From IMG/VR virus record IMGVR_UViG_3300042431_000676, positions 5,610 through 69,609 of that record: a DNA stretch of 64,000 nt; one strand, given 5' to 3'. Positions within the stretch are counted from its first letter, which is position 1; every line of letters begins with the position of its first letter. The position numbers were made by a program, and so were the translations under genes. This DNA comes from a virus. Its lineage: Duplodnaviria > Caudoviricetes. Below the pieces are notes generated by a model. It was not told the origin of the DNA and did not search any database. It saw only the letters and a list, made by a program, of their open reading frames with translations. Of this stretch, positions 49,101 through 57,100 are shown piece after piece.

Positions 49101-50062
49101 TCTGTATTCTTTGTTACTTCATTTATTATCCTATTTTGTTTTTCAATAATAGGAATACTCTTAATATCTTTAGCTATACTATATAACCCTAATGATTTTA
49201 AGTCTTTACTTTGTGTACCAAATCCTGACCAAAATCCTGTATTACCAGTAGTATAATCTTCTAAAGTTTCTATTACTTCTTCATAATTTTTTTTAGCAAT
49301 ATTATAATTTACCTCTTCTTGATATGGAGTATAATTATCTTCTGATGTATTTTTTTGATAACCAGTAAGTCTATCTGGAACAGATGCTTTTGGACCAACA
49401 CTACCATCTTTATGATATACTATTTGTGCATCATCTTTTAATTTAGCATCTCTATATTTTTTAGCTTTCTCTTCAATTTCTTTAAATCTATTTTTAAAAC
49501 TTTCTTTAACTTCATTCATTACAGGCATAATTTTATTATCTCTGTATGTAATTAAATCATTGTATTCTTTTTCTTCTTTAGCTGTTTTACCCCATTTATT
49601 TTCATCATCAGCAAAATAATCATGTAATTTATAAATAGGAGCAAAAATATTAACTCCATTATCATCAATGAAATCAATACTTTTCTTTCTTTTTTCTTTT
49701 ATTTTTTCATCAATATCTAAAAATTCAATAGCTTTTTCTTCTCCTACCTTATTTTTTAATTCAGCAAGAACACCATTATCATCAAGAGTTTTAGCTTTAG
49801 CTAATTTTTCAGCTTCTTTTTTAGCTTTAGAATTGAAAAAATCTTCTGTTTCTCTTTCAGTAGAAGATTTATACATCATATCCAATGTACCAGCAGATAC
49901 ATTACCTAAACTCATATCTTGAGAGGTAAGCTCTTCTTGTGATACATTAGCAGTATTATTTTGCTGATTATTAACTACTTGTGAAGAAAATGTTTTCTTT
50001 TTATTTTCTATACTTTGGTTTAAAAAATCTAAACTTGCACTCTTTCTTTTAGGTGGTAACAT
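37157..50062 (-). CDS. Giant virion RNA polymerase polyprotein with C-terminal zincin domain
   Basis: 4301 aa; FRTPTSSHKS and KGLDYDIDK (DxDxD at 40703-40717), like the crAss-like DFDID motif; LLHEVIH at 37832-37846. Confidence 0.88.
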   Translation of the reverse strand: MLPPKRKSASLDFLNQSIENKKKTFSSQVVNNQQNNTANVSQEELTSQDMSLGNVSAGTLDMMYKSSTERETEDFFNSKAKKEAEKLAKAKTLDDNGVLAELKNKVGEEKAIEFLDIDEKIKEKRKKSIDFIDDNGVNIFAPIYKLHDYFADDENKWGKTAKEEKEYNDLITYRDNKIMPVMNEVKESFKNRFKEIEEKAKKYRDAKLKDDAQIVYHKDGSVGPKASVPDRLTGYQKNTSEDNYTPYQEEVNYNIAKKNYEEVIETLEDYTTGNTGFWSGFGTQSKDLKSLGLYSIAKDIKSIPIIEKQNRIINEVTKNTDKNGNVKKGYVPSETLTDSEQAVIESIAKKQNIEARDLMHDNRLYRTGKGVATSAVMMEQMIATAPIGGPIETAVGKFVARDAIGLTLNTALQQGGKKLALKMIGGELAGGTASLAVQGLVNPMTYGGYAKDQIGNVEISHDENGKEIYLTSQAIYNKYKKDFSLKNVQIDSQINKLSKNKTEENLAKIEELQGMKDSLADELSLIQPHSKFESALFGYSEYLKEAFAERFVGEALGPLGKLAKSESTMLGRGLTKLSESKIGKGLSVINDKFVKGRNAMNNLALGKISTQAIAHTGQMNMLDSLPGEVLEEVFTALVPTYGQDYGKQLEQLSDSEFYEDVIAQTLIMNGAMGSVGMGMRANNFRLDKKAISKIYRDIDASTTDEDLATHINMNTSGSLYSPLEYDAMITKLRDNGKIEQANKLEKTKFERLAAHAIRTGTITNFQETLDKVLLKPDTEISAETKLNIQLAKKRIDELKQVYDAHSEKQNFGTIFNLAEKKLANKQTIEELDKHIVENKQNAKEEIDAFITREGIKIDYSIDTLLDRQFENEEDQQKYNSFLDKLEKENLLAVENHKNATMLKDTLNSNQSILLKNYNDQVHPLYQKKMEEKKAILQDYNSIVEQIKQEGSENAEFNYQNELQETPVLIESIVEKLKQKDITGENKDFINDLKEQKLQELKVKQEQVHKEKIAKSIKDLLAQRQEKIDAGEVVPENEPYITIVDEDAKEEHTSSVAGNLQTMETVFSLDDNSTTINNDPVFIADDFNDMIGNTSSFTPQQSSVAKKIVLEDVNKVKNLLNRNISFREYMSHLDEIVNNKEQLKKLFDGYVEGWKQNNFEADDYNQVYMDLFNPLASLGTNASLMAQMFEQQVPIEEANTFVELEEKVEEIKKEVAQREVTTVGYDEENIPIQKTAVNEIESKRTLTITPKLGFSSIAYVEVIENGILVRKTIGNELNHKFGDLIDFRELLHPDMHPSGSKLGVKIAPESLWSQITVSDGRNAQGAAQTTTFDKWLSEKEKQNPNFRNTQEFMNKVPVFYTNSAGKELAYVQDTDWYNTFNIGNPFGDSSNPNLPTQEWINHINEGKLNAQNLRNSIANGLTEVTINKPSDGIFYEIPMTEPKITLNEANPQTIVTVQIGEDLYMGNQIFNAGKLLNKDKSGNEGKFDFNSVGHTWEVRRIGTTLNDKGEIVPTYRAYPVGRVVSNEQIETARFAMAAHLALKKDASWTRHLKGTIYEMTYEKAKSIQKDVHTQMGLDIENGNEIVQFIKTYFQDNIAGDNLGQYKKGLFDENVMNNVSQHTNNKLLNNRNVKSIVHITREGVTPLNQTYDNYLKNNLLTNIKSFNIDDTGKNPTYVTMIQPIITVDYKEVEKPATKNIEARQEAAATVVEQLKTSVPFNLEKHTEFLNDLGIDPNDFDESNDMIANTDKLANIFNVSGDLSITQEKNVRQFIYHKIGNKVSFGYKNKISKEAIQNDIKSELNLHLNKIEKQVLSMLSEIKNQDNTNGALNHYIEAYNQTLKNIKDIKNNYETIYNKAFADIQKQTQLTLNEKEESDIEQDDVELSVKDYSKDSIEESGKAKASYRLRRFLSEIPVFDSKGVAQKGYLGIPLYMSFNDVYNELSKVLALGSEVKSDYNTIIAKMKQSNNAFVKSVLAKLENADQQIKNELVYNFVRHTLSSKFAMYENTKNNGVSLKIYNTNANEATRIIAKNWKNENKSSGLYNKNQSLNVQYAQSLLDEFNKWDRQDYRKVPENDLRKWLSKIGYTFEDTSWNQIYNEGIFNAGKQNSFNVLYSQNAGGLFIPLKNWLEKAIVNPADFSFDSKESVFNDLAGVTKALSLIEAKYNPTLITLSFRDSGKNISTLVPTKYVTDMVQNLKRSISEDGNNLVDDLLSLSLSENSIILDMLKNEPTFKSMFEISHTSITAFKEKGEQPYRASITDLSDIDYDMAGITGFQDRKIDKLPKGTKFEGISMRMANMLFPTMSDKTTGMYMTTAIFDFLKDGKIDGMFNLTEEGVVQGIGPTVKTLLFNQLVLPELKRIIKFHTEVKATNIKDYDKGATLFHFLPIMNTLKDEDGLNIVNKLALTGITIDEAIEKYQSTFEDAIEGVIKKEVEHKKGMWSNYLEVNKEGNSYSKMFDNNYFKEEGKNPSTDYDLAVYDFVLNNMITNSEVFKVFAGDIANYSKDKLYKEEGKSVNPFDIKDDKTYVSINKEIGVNLGKRLALLIAPGSKIANSYGEKYNQIFLEDSIDISENSEYLIKNYYGKKGLDEAQPLLDKYKKAAEILNKHEQGILSLNSVRYNAINKTLSDIRKSLANKFPAIDAYFDIESTDAQEYSTATEHISILHRIGRISDEEFKVITNKLLTEGEKGYLTKEELKLVFQPIKPVHTGTYTNINQDVNRVVYIKSSAFPLIPQLTAGTKLDALRLKMEELETNTGRFTRASFQTANKVGATIKTVKPFDTNSLSTIKNYNADDINTNMLVLNRDNFRIQQDVPFKSDKHQDDKVSMGTQFFKLLFGDGVIDKEGFTIDGKELTGKELYQHFNKAFSDIVDSKKQELFLDLGLDTNGQIKNEQNFVKNLQDLLIKEATSRGYSVKSLAGLKIEKLAAAAGFYYEFKTPLWLSSDSNRYESLLNSIITNKIMKHKMPGNGFVAGSESGFRMKENLEGVDKSRIIYLDSYNGKELQGTHTSTDENGIVFHKAQVFIPSKFKNDKKELIDLFEGFNGKEGKYLTRRENGTLTLKEGMIDPALFNNFSFRTPTSSHKSGSSIEIAGILPPEVGDLMIVPKNFTKQKGLDYDIDKESAYQLNHIMTNDGKIKVLENSDIEDITRSLTNKIEEFNLENTSASAKSNFANELFRSFIAGKGSLLDEESLETLLLPQVDIVEKINRLELQLKRKLAENEFIKSHLAIFNNPNLDIQNKINSVLSIDFAKSQAEQLEKLNEAGYRNKMIAEYMAKDATLSDLKANEMYEADQLNFTMLTNSYQKSKMNLGAIGKVAIGVYANYSTFNALLQQHQGEDIYIQDDLGNPKTIQIGHFISDGKLGAIQHIEPTGLSESKLKEWREKHQRNISEAFDEKINTGTDNEKEQVLGRVGVDEFTINVDANTALRGFGKDENGNSISYLLLSQPIIKELNQRRKESKGVLGEFINDKKLINDLIESYGANSEFVFELGTGMVSEGTDKNQGALGKTSDTSALTGTKMLEGIENNGKDRAMQLLALDVYLTLEEEAKKVAKVQKVINTNTLGKSMIESQLKYEGLKKLPDNGVITNAHLLIGDYSDTSENQSGGYMIGNYYVTPRTPQGQIVINGLHLGNTLYRDFFPYQDKSINDVVKEILKIQGKEENISDNAIIENFEEIVENIKKLIYSRKGNNVFNIDPKAKRYELFIDDENNTSLSTYLKDLSKNDDKQFKKGIKEMSQNALLKSFQYETGLGEDELSLIKYNNTATDNLDEENLYNAIPELVMANKQLPFRNGQPYSTADLAEDLVAYSFLQGGIQKATEFAKFVPIEMLESMGQYQGDVFMAANQKLQMFNTKHNSSINLFGKVLGIKEDSMSTFTKQYFQHNPSKAPKANFKNVKNKKQNSFEYNVEDKKYPALLSVKDNKRNMPVSVSLFEHIGNGLYQKIDTLGNMGVSEYEFGNDNVSSIKNLKKNVTPNIATDDNIANVSKKTFKVDENTSVKDLLNQVANTELSAEYSHITEAAKWLLPIIGNDKLVLDYNLDAAGRTTKNSKDVTLNPTHTLNVSDDKAAMTLLHEVIHTVTVKELSNYFDEAGNVKADAPKHVTNLVIVFNEFKKLLQPEITALIEKKALIDNAKKTGQTLPSNTEYTERELGLIYAGTNIKEFITVALTSPMFQEEMNKIQYKATDKSLWAKLSDAILNLLNSVYPGLINNSVAKESIMASMQFIRMENNFREIESVENIPNDVFMEMEKTQAQSIQYAPLSDKNQVQFTIGDNGFAENDMIENNFPIFDQNKKEDPFNCK

Positions 50063-50079
50063 ATAAATTTATTTTTTTA

Positions 50080-50087
50080 CAAATATA
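50080..50087 (-). promoter_or_regulatory. -7 promoter element upstream of vRNAP
   Basis: TATATTTG on the minus strand in the 28-nt intergenic gap. Confidence 0.5.
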
Positions 50088-50090
50088 AGA

Positions 50091-52289
50091 TTAATTTTGT
50101 TCAGAATAAATAATTTGATGTACTTTATCTATTTCTTCTGATTTAAGTAATTGTGTTCTACTCCCATCTTTATGAATAATATATGCTTTTCCATGGTCTG
50201 TTTCATAAGATTCTCCATTCATAGCTGGTACAGTTCTTCTACCTAATGTTTTAATATTAGTCTGATTCATTGTTTTTCTCCATTCCATTTCTGGTCTATT
50301 TTTAGAAACAAAATTATCTATACTTGGTGTACTGATTTGATTAGTAGAAACCAATGCTGGTAATCTATAATCTCCAATCTGTACACTCATACCTAAATTA
50401 CTTTGACCAGCATTATCCAATGCCATATCTAAACCAACTGTTTTTTCATCTACTTGTAAACCAACTTCTTTACCATTTTGTCTTGTGATATATATTTTTT
50501 TACCTTCTTTATTAGTTCTTTGTTCTATACCACCTTCACTAATTAATTGAGATACAGACAATTTACCTCCAGGAGCAACTTTATAAATTCTTGTTTTATA
50601 TAATTGTTCTGCTGGTTTATCTAATTTGAAATCAAAGTAACCTGTTTCAACAGCAGGTTTTATTCCTGCTTTGACTTTTTCAGTTTTACCTGCTCTTTTA
50701 TCATTTGCAGCAACATAAACTATTTCATTACCATTTTTATCTTCAAATTTTAATTGAGAACCTTTTACTGTTTGGTCTATATTAAATGCAACATCATCAA
50801 ATCTTTGTTCTATAACACCTTTCAATTCTGTTATTGTATTTTTATTTAAACCTATACCATTTAAAGTTACTAAATTTTCTTTAATATTGTTTTTTTCTTT
50901 AGTGCCATTTACAGTCAAATATTCATTATATGCTTTTTGAGCATTAGGGTCATTTAACCAACCATTTTTAGTAGTATCAAATTTTCTTCCTGTCTTTTTA
51001 GCATATTCTATAAATCCCTGAGCTTGAGCATTTAATAGATTCTTTTTAGTTAATTCTGACTTATATTGAGAAGATAATTCTATAGCACTTGCTTCTGACA
51101 TACCAGCAGCAACCATAGCTTGAACATTACCTTTTTTGATAAGTTTTTCCATATCACTACCAGGCTTAACTTTTAAGTTTTTAATTTGAGTATTAATATT
51201 ATCTTGAATAGCACCAAGATTTTGGTTAGTTTGAGTAAGAGTTTTTTGAAAATTAGATGAAGAGTTAGTACCTACTTGATATACAGATTCATAACTTGTA
51301 TTTACATTTTCAGCTTCTTCTTTAGCATCATCAGCTAATTTATTAGCTCTATCCCAAGTTTTCCAATATCCTTCATCATTATGAATAGTATCTGATACTT
51401 CTGTTTCTTTATGTGAATAAGTTTGAGCAGCAGCATTTATCATTTTACCATAATGGTCAGTATTAAATCCTTTAAATTGAGGAATACCTTTTTCATTTTT
51501 CTCATAAACATAGGCTTTACTCAAATCTGCATTTTCATAACCACTAATACCTAATTGTTTTCTTCTTTCAACAGCTTGTTGATAATCATTATCTGCTGTT
51601 AATTGAGAATACATAGCATTAGCTATTTCTTCTTTAGTTAATTGTTTACCACCTTCTTTATGTCTATAAATATAACCATTTCCTCCTCTTGTATCTTTTT
51701 CTACAGAATAACCACTTGCTTTCATGTGTTGTAAAAACTTATCATCAAAATCAGCAGCATAATAAGCATTTTGAATATCAGGTGATGCACCTGCTTTATT
51801 CATATCAGCATTCCAATTAATACCTTGATATTTAGCAAGTATATTAGCTTTTTCAGCAGCTATGTAAGCAGCATCATATTTAGAAGGGTCTTTCTTTGCT
51901 AATTCATCTAATTTATCATATTCAGCAACAACATTTTTTTTATATTGTTGCATTGTTCCAATTTTACCAGTAGTCCAATTAGCATTTATATCTCTACCTA
52001 AATGCATTATATCTGAACTGTATTTATTATATTCTAAAGGATTAGATTTTATATTATCTACAATACCTGTAATTTTAGCTTCATAATTTTTTATTTCTTG
52101 CTGTAATTCAGGACTATCTTGAGTTAATACATCAGCTTTAAGTTTATCCAAATAAGCAGTTGCAGAAGTAATTTCTGTATCAATTTCCTTATCTTTATTT
52201 TGAAGTACCTGTGCCATCAATTGATGTGGTGCTTCAAACATTTTGTCATCTACAAATTTGGCATCTGATGTTTGATAAAATCTTCCCAT
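50091..52289 (-). CDS. Virion cargo/ejection protein
   Basis: 732 aa; begins MGRFYQT; syntenic position between cargo protein and vRNAP. Confidence 0.65.
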   Translation of the reverse strand: MGRFYQTSDAKFVDDKMFEAPHQLMAQVLQNKDKEIDTEITSATAYLDKLKADVLTQDSPELQQEIKNYEAKITGIVDNIKSNPLEYNKYSSDIMHLGRDINANWTTGKIGTMQQYKKNVVAEYDKLDELAKKDPSKYDAAYIAAEKANILAKYQGINWNADMNKAGASPDIQNAYYAADFDDKFLQHMKASGYSVEKDTRGGNGYIYRHKEGGKQLTKEEIANAMYSQLTADNDYQQAVERRKQLGISGYENADLSKAYVYEKNEKGIPQFKGFNTDHYGKMINAAAQTYSHKETEVSDTIHNDEGYWKTWDRANKLADDAKEEAENVNTSYESVYQVGTNSSSNFQKTLTQTNQNLGAIQDNINTQIKNLKVKPGSDMEKLIKKGNVQAMVAAGMSEASAIELSSQYKSELTKKNLLNAQAQGFIEYAKKTGRKFDTTKNGWLNDPNAQKAYNEYLTVNGTKEKNNIKENLVTLNGIGLNKNTITELKGVIEQRFDDVAFNIDQTVKGSQLKFEDKNGNEIVYVAANDKRAGKTEKVKAGIKPAVETGYFDFKLDKPAEQLYKTRIYKVAPGGKLSVSQLISEGGIEQRTNKEGKKIYITRQNGKEVGLQVDEKTVGLDMALDNAGQSNLGMSVQIGDYRLPALVSTNQISTPSIDNFVSKNRPEMEWRKTMNQTNIKTLGRRTVPAMNGESYETDHGKAYIIHKDGSRTQLLKSEEIDKVHQIIYSEQN

Positions 52290-52292
52290 TTC

Positions 52293-54095
52293 TTATGTTG
52301 TTTTAGGTTTTTCAATTAGATTACCTTTTTCATCAAAAGCTAATCCATATTTAGATAATTGATTGATAACATTTGTCATCATTTTATTTTGCTTCATAGC
52401 ATTCAAATCTTTACCAATATTTTGAACTCCTTCTCCCATAGTAGATTTATCTTTACCTAATTGAGTATAAAAATTATCTCTATCTTTTCTATCATTCAAA
52501 TCTCTTTCTTGTTCTCCACTCATTACAGCTTGGTCTTGTTGGTTTTCTAAACCAGCTTTTTGTCCAAGTAATTCTTGCATTGTTCTTTGAAAACTATCAA
52601 CAGCACCTTGATTTGCTTCATTAGCATTTATATCAGTTGCTAAATCTAATGCTCTCATTTGGTTAATACCTCTTGCTGAATTTCTACCAATTCTTTTAGC
52701 ACCATTAGCACTTGCTGTTATTTTTCTTAATGATTCTGCTTTTTGACCAGCACTCATTTCCATAGCAGCTAAATTGGCTTCTAATGCATCTTTACCAAAA
52801 TCTTTATAAGCATTTATATTAGGTGTATCTCCTGCTCTATTTTCTAAAGTATTTTTCATTGGACTAAATGTAGATATTAAATCTCCAGCAATACCAACTA
52901 AATCTCCAGTACCAGGCATTTCAAAACCTGATTTATCTACAAATTTTCCAGCACCATCTATAAATCTACTTGCTACACTACCTGGTTTATCTACAGTTTG
53001 TTTTTCTGGTGCTAATTCAGGATGAGAATAACCATCATATTTACCATTCTTGTTTAATACTTGTTCATCAGTTAAAGATATTGTATCAGGTTCACCTTTA
53101 TCAAATCCTTTTATAAAATCTCCTGCACCATAATCTTTACTTGCTGGTAAACTTTCTCCAAAGTTATTAGCAAAAGTTGGTAATGGTGAATTTGGTTTAT
53201 TCTCAACAGTAGCATATTTTTTATTTACTGATTTTCCAGTACCAACTACACCTGGAGTAATAATTTGATTTTTAATGTTGAAAATATTTTTATTTGGAAT
53301 AGGATTACCAAATTCATCAAATTCCACTTCTCCTCCATTCCAATATTTTCTAACACCATTCTCATCTGTACCAAAAGCATACTCTTGTACAGCAGCCATA
53401 ACTCCATACATTTCTTGAGTTTGTAAATCAGCTTGTTCTTGTTCATTAAGTGCTTCAACACTTCTTGCATGAGCATTTTTTACAGCAATATCCCCTTTAG
53501 AATTTTCTAATAATTTATTAAGATTGGTTAGTTTTTTTTCTCTGACTTTTTTTCTTTCAGCCATAGTTTCACCAAACTTCTCAATTCTTTTAGAGTATAT
53601 TTTAGTTCCTTCTGGAACATTCATATCTACTCCTCCTTCTTCATGTGATGCACCTTTGACTTCTGCTACTTCTCCTGCTGGTGTTTCAATAACTTCTTCA
53701 CCTTCTACTTCAATAGGACCAGAAGCATTGTTATTTCCCATAGCTGCTATAGTTCTATCTTCAAATACAGATTGTTGCTGTGGAGACATAAAAGTTCCTG
53801 AATTAAAATTATTAGAAGCAGGTATTGCATCAGGAGCTAATCCTTCTCCTGATATTTGAGGACTTTTACTTGATGCACTACCACTTTTTCCTGCTCCAGC
53901 AGAAATAGCTGTAGAAGCCAATTGACCAGCCATTAAAGTAATAGGAATCCAGGGATTGTTAGCAGCTTTTCTTTCTGCTTCTGCATTCATTATATCTCCT
54001 TTAGCTATAGTTGTAGCAGGATTTTCTATATAGTTACTACCAACTCCACTTGAACCATAACCATATTTCTTTTTTGTAGCACATTTTTTTTTCAT
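52293..54095 (-). CDS. crAss-like cargo protein (C1-like)
   Basis: IEVEGEEVI...GASHEEGGV...KIYSKR motif; Gly/Ala-rich; follows the muzzle gene. Confidence 0.7.
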   Translation of the reverse strand: MKKKCATKKKYGYGSSGVGSNYIENPATTIAKGDIMNAEAERKAANNPWIPITLMAGQLASTAISAGAGKSGSASSKSPQISGEGLAPDAIPASNNFNSGTFMSPQQQSVFEDRTIAAMGNNNASGPIEVEGEEVIETPAGEVAEVKGASHEEGGVDMNVPEGTKIYSKRIEKFGETMAERKKVREKKLTNLNKLLENSKGDIAVKNAHARSVEALNEQEQADLQTQEMYGVMAAVQEYAFGTDENGVRKYWNGGEVEFDEFGNPIPNKNIFNIKNQIITPGVVGTGKSVNKKYATVENKPNSPLPTFANNFGESLPASKDYGAGDFIKGFDKGEPDTISLTDEQVLNKNGKYDGYSHPELAPEKQTVDKPGSVASRFIDGAGKFVDKSGFEMPGTGDLVGIAGDLISTFSPMKNTLENRAGDTPNINAYKDFGKDALEANLAAMEMSAGQKAESLRKITASANGAKRIGRNSARGINQMRALDLATDINANEANQGAVDSFQRTMQELLGQKAGLENQQDQAVMSGEQERDLNDRKDRDNFYTQLGKDKSTMGEGVQNIGKDLNAMKQNKMMTNVINQLSKYGLAFDEKGNLIEKPKTT

Positions 54096-54129
54096 AATGA
54101 AAATGAATTTTTTTACAAATTAATATTTA

Positions 54130-57100
54130 CTATCTTTCAGATACTTTTGAATCCTGTACAGAGAAGTTCATAATTAATCTTGTGGTGTCAAAGGTATCAA
54201 ATATCAATCTAACCACCAAGAATTTATCTCTAAAACTTTCCATTTCAGTCCAATCTTTATTATAGTCAATTCTATTACTATTAACTATTTTATCTATAAA
54301 ATAATCTGCTTGTAAACTTGTTAAGTTTTTATTGAATATAGATACATTAGGATTTACAGACAAATCTCTTAAATCATTAATGCACCAATCTCTTTCATTT
54401 CTATCAAGATTAATAAATCCTGCTGAATTTTCTACTTGATTGTTCATATATTCTAAATCAACATCTTTTACCAGCATATCAAGAATACCACTTATTTGAT
54501 GGGTATTATAAGCCATCACTTTATTAAAAGTTATATATCTTTTATCAACATAACTATCTGTAGCAATATCATACTGTTTTGCTTCTGTTTGAAATTTGAT
54601 TGCATCATATATTTTACTAATCAAAGCATTTGAATTATCAACATACTCTATTATAAAAGGATGTCTTTCTCCATAGAAATTCTGATAATGATTCTTTCTA
54701 CCATGTCTCCAAATATTTGATAAACCTTCTCTCCAAGAATAAAACTTCTCTTGAACATGCATATAGAAACTTGGTAAATATGAATGCCAAGAAATCCATT
54801 TTGTATCTTTCAATGAATAACTCATTGTAAAACTATTGTTTAATAAATTAGTTTCTAATGGAATACCATTCTCATATTCATAAGTCATTACTGGTACTTG
54901 TACTTCTACTTCAACTTGTGTTGTTGTAGTTAAACTTCCAAGAAAACCATTTATATCGGTAGCAAATTGTAAAGGAGTAATTATATCTCCAGTACCATCC
55001 CAACCCCTTGTATGTTTATATTGCCAATTTCTTTGACTTAAACCTGATGGATATGGATTTACTCCTGCTAATGCTGTTAATAATAAAGCATAATCTCCTG
55101 TTGGAACAAAAGGATTAATATTAGCTGTTAAAAAAGCTAATTCCGTTGCATTTAATGTTCTACCTGTAATAGCAGATATACTATGTTGTAACATACCTCT
55201 TGTAGGACCAGGAATACTTGTATAAACAATAGGGTATTGTAATCCATGAATACTATATCCAGCAGCAATTAATGCATCATATCTTGTATTGTAATCATTA
55301 AAATCATTAATATATTCTGTAGAAGGAGCATCTGTAGGATTACTAATACCACTTGTATGATATTCCCCAGTACCTCCACAATTATTAATAGCTGCTTCAT
55401 TTACAGTAGAAACTATGATTATGTTTCTACTTATAGTATTAAAATTAGTTATTGGTGTTTCTACACCAACTAAAGGATTTGCTGAATTATCTACTAAAAA
55501 TATTTGCTGACTGTTTTGTAACCATCTTAATACACTCAACCATGCTTGACCACTACATCTTTCAACAGCTAAAACATAAATCAATCTTCCTGTAAATGTT
55601 GGATTATCAATTTTAAATTGAGTAAACCAAGCTAATACAGCTACTTTGACATTAGCAACTCCTGCATTACCAAAACTACCAGACCTATCAAACTGTATAA
55701 CTATATCACTATTATTAGGAACATTAGTAGTTATTGTTCTTATTTCTATTCTTGTTTCTATTACTGTTTTTTCAAATTTTAATTTACAATTCTCTACACC
55801 AATATAATTCCAACCATTAGCTAATCTATTAGCAATAATTTGAGACAAGTTAGGAAATATTACTGTTCCTAAACCTTCATTGCATAATTGATAATCTCCA
55901 TCAGGTAAACCAGCAATATCAAAATCTTTTTTAGTTATAATCAATCTTTCTTTTTTAGTATCATAAGTAGATATATAACCAACACCAATAGGATTTGATG
56001 GATTATTATTATATGGATAATTAATATGATTAGCATTATAATAACTTTCAGCCATTCTAAATTTCATATTTTCTCTAAAATAATTAGAGTTGTATGTATC
56101 AGAAATTGGTTGAAGAGATTGCCCATTAAACAAGTACCATTTTTTCTCTTTATGACAAGGAAACAATACTCCATTTTTTGTTTTCAATCTACCCCATTTA
56201 TGAGTATTACCAGAAGAACTATTATTATCATCAACAATTTTTCTTGGTGGTATATTAAAATATTCTCCTGTTCCAATGAAAGAAATGATATTATCTGTTA
56301 CTCTTTCTTGAAAATTTTGTGGTTGATGCCATAATGCTTCTTCTGTATGAATATAAAGATTATTTTGTATTCTGAATAAATCAGTTATTACTCCTGTTTC
56401 TCCTTCAATATCTTTATAATTGTTTGGTAAAAAGTTTCTAAAATTATCTGTTAATTCTTCTTGAAATGCTTGTTGAGACCAATGTAGTCTATGAGGAAAA
56501 GTTTCAGTACAATCTGAACAGCAATCATATTCTAATGGTAAATGGTTATATATTTTTTCTTTGTTTCTTCTTTTATAATCTTGATTGATTTGATATATTT
56601 CAGCTAATGCTAATCCTATATATGATTTACCTCCTTTTCTACCACTATTTAAATAAGTTAATTTTTTAACCATGTGAATATCTAAAGAATTTGTAGGAGC
56701 AATTTCTCTTGAACCAACTGAATGTATTCCAAAGTATTCTTCATCCCATTCTCCATAAGAAGTTCCTAATTCTCTATTACCAGGAGCATTAAGAAAGTCA
56801 GGTGTATTATCAGTAGCACCTTGTCTTAAATTCATATTTACATTAGATTCAAACCATAAATTTAAACATTCTCCTAACCATTGAATTTCATCATCTGGTG
56901 GATTTTTAGCAAAACCTCTTTGTTCTCCATTATTAGGGTCTGAATCATATAGAATATAATTATCTACTATTGTTTCTCTTAAACCTTTATCATATAAATC
57001 ACTATATGCTCTTGCCCAAGCATCTTGTTTTATACCAGAAGCTACAAGTGCTGCTGCTCCACCTACCATAGCTGCTGCTACACCAATTAAAGCTATACTT

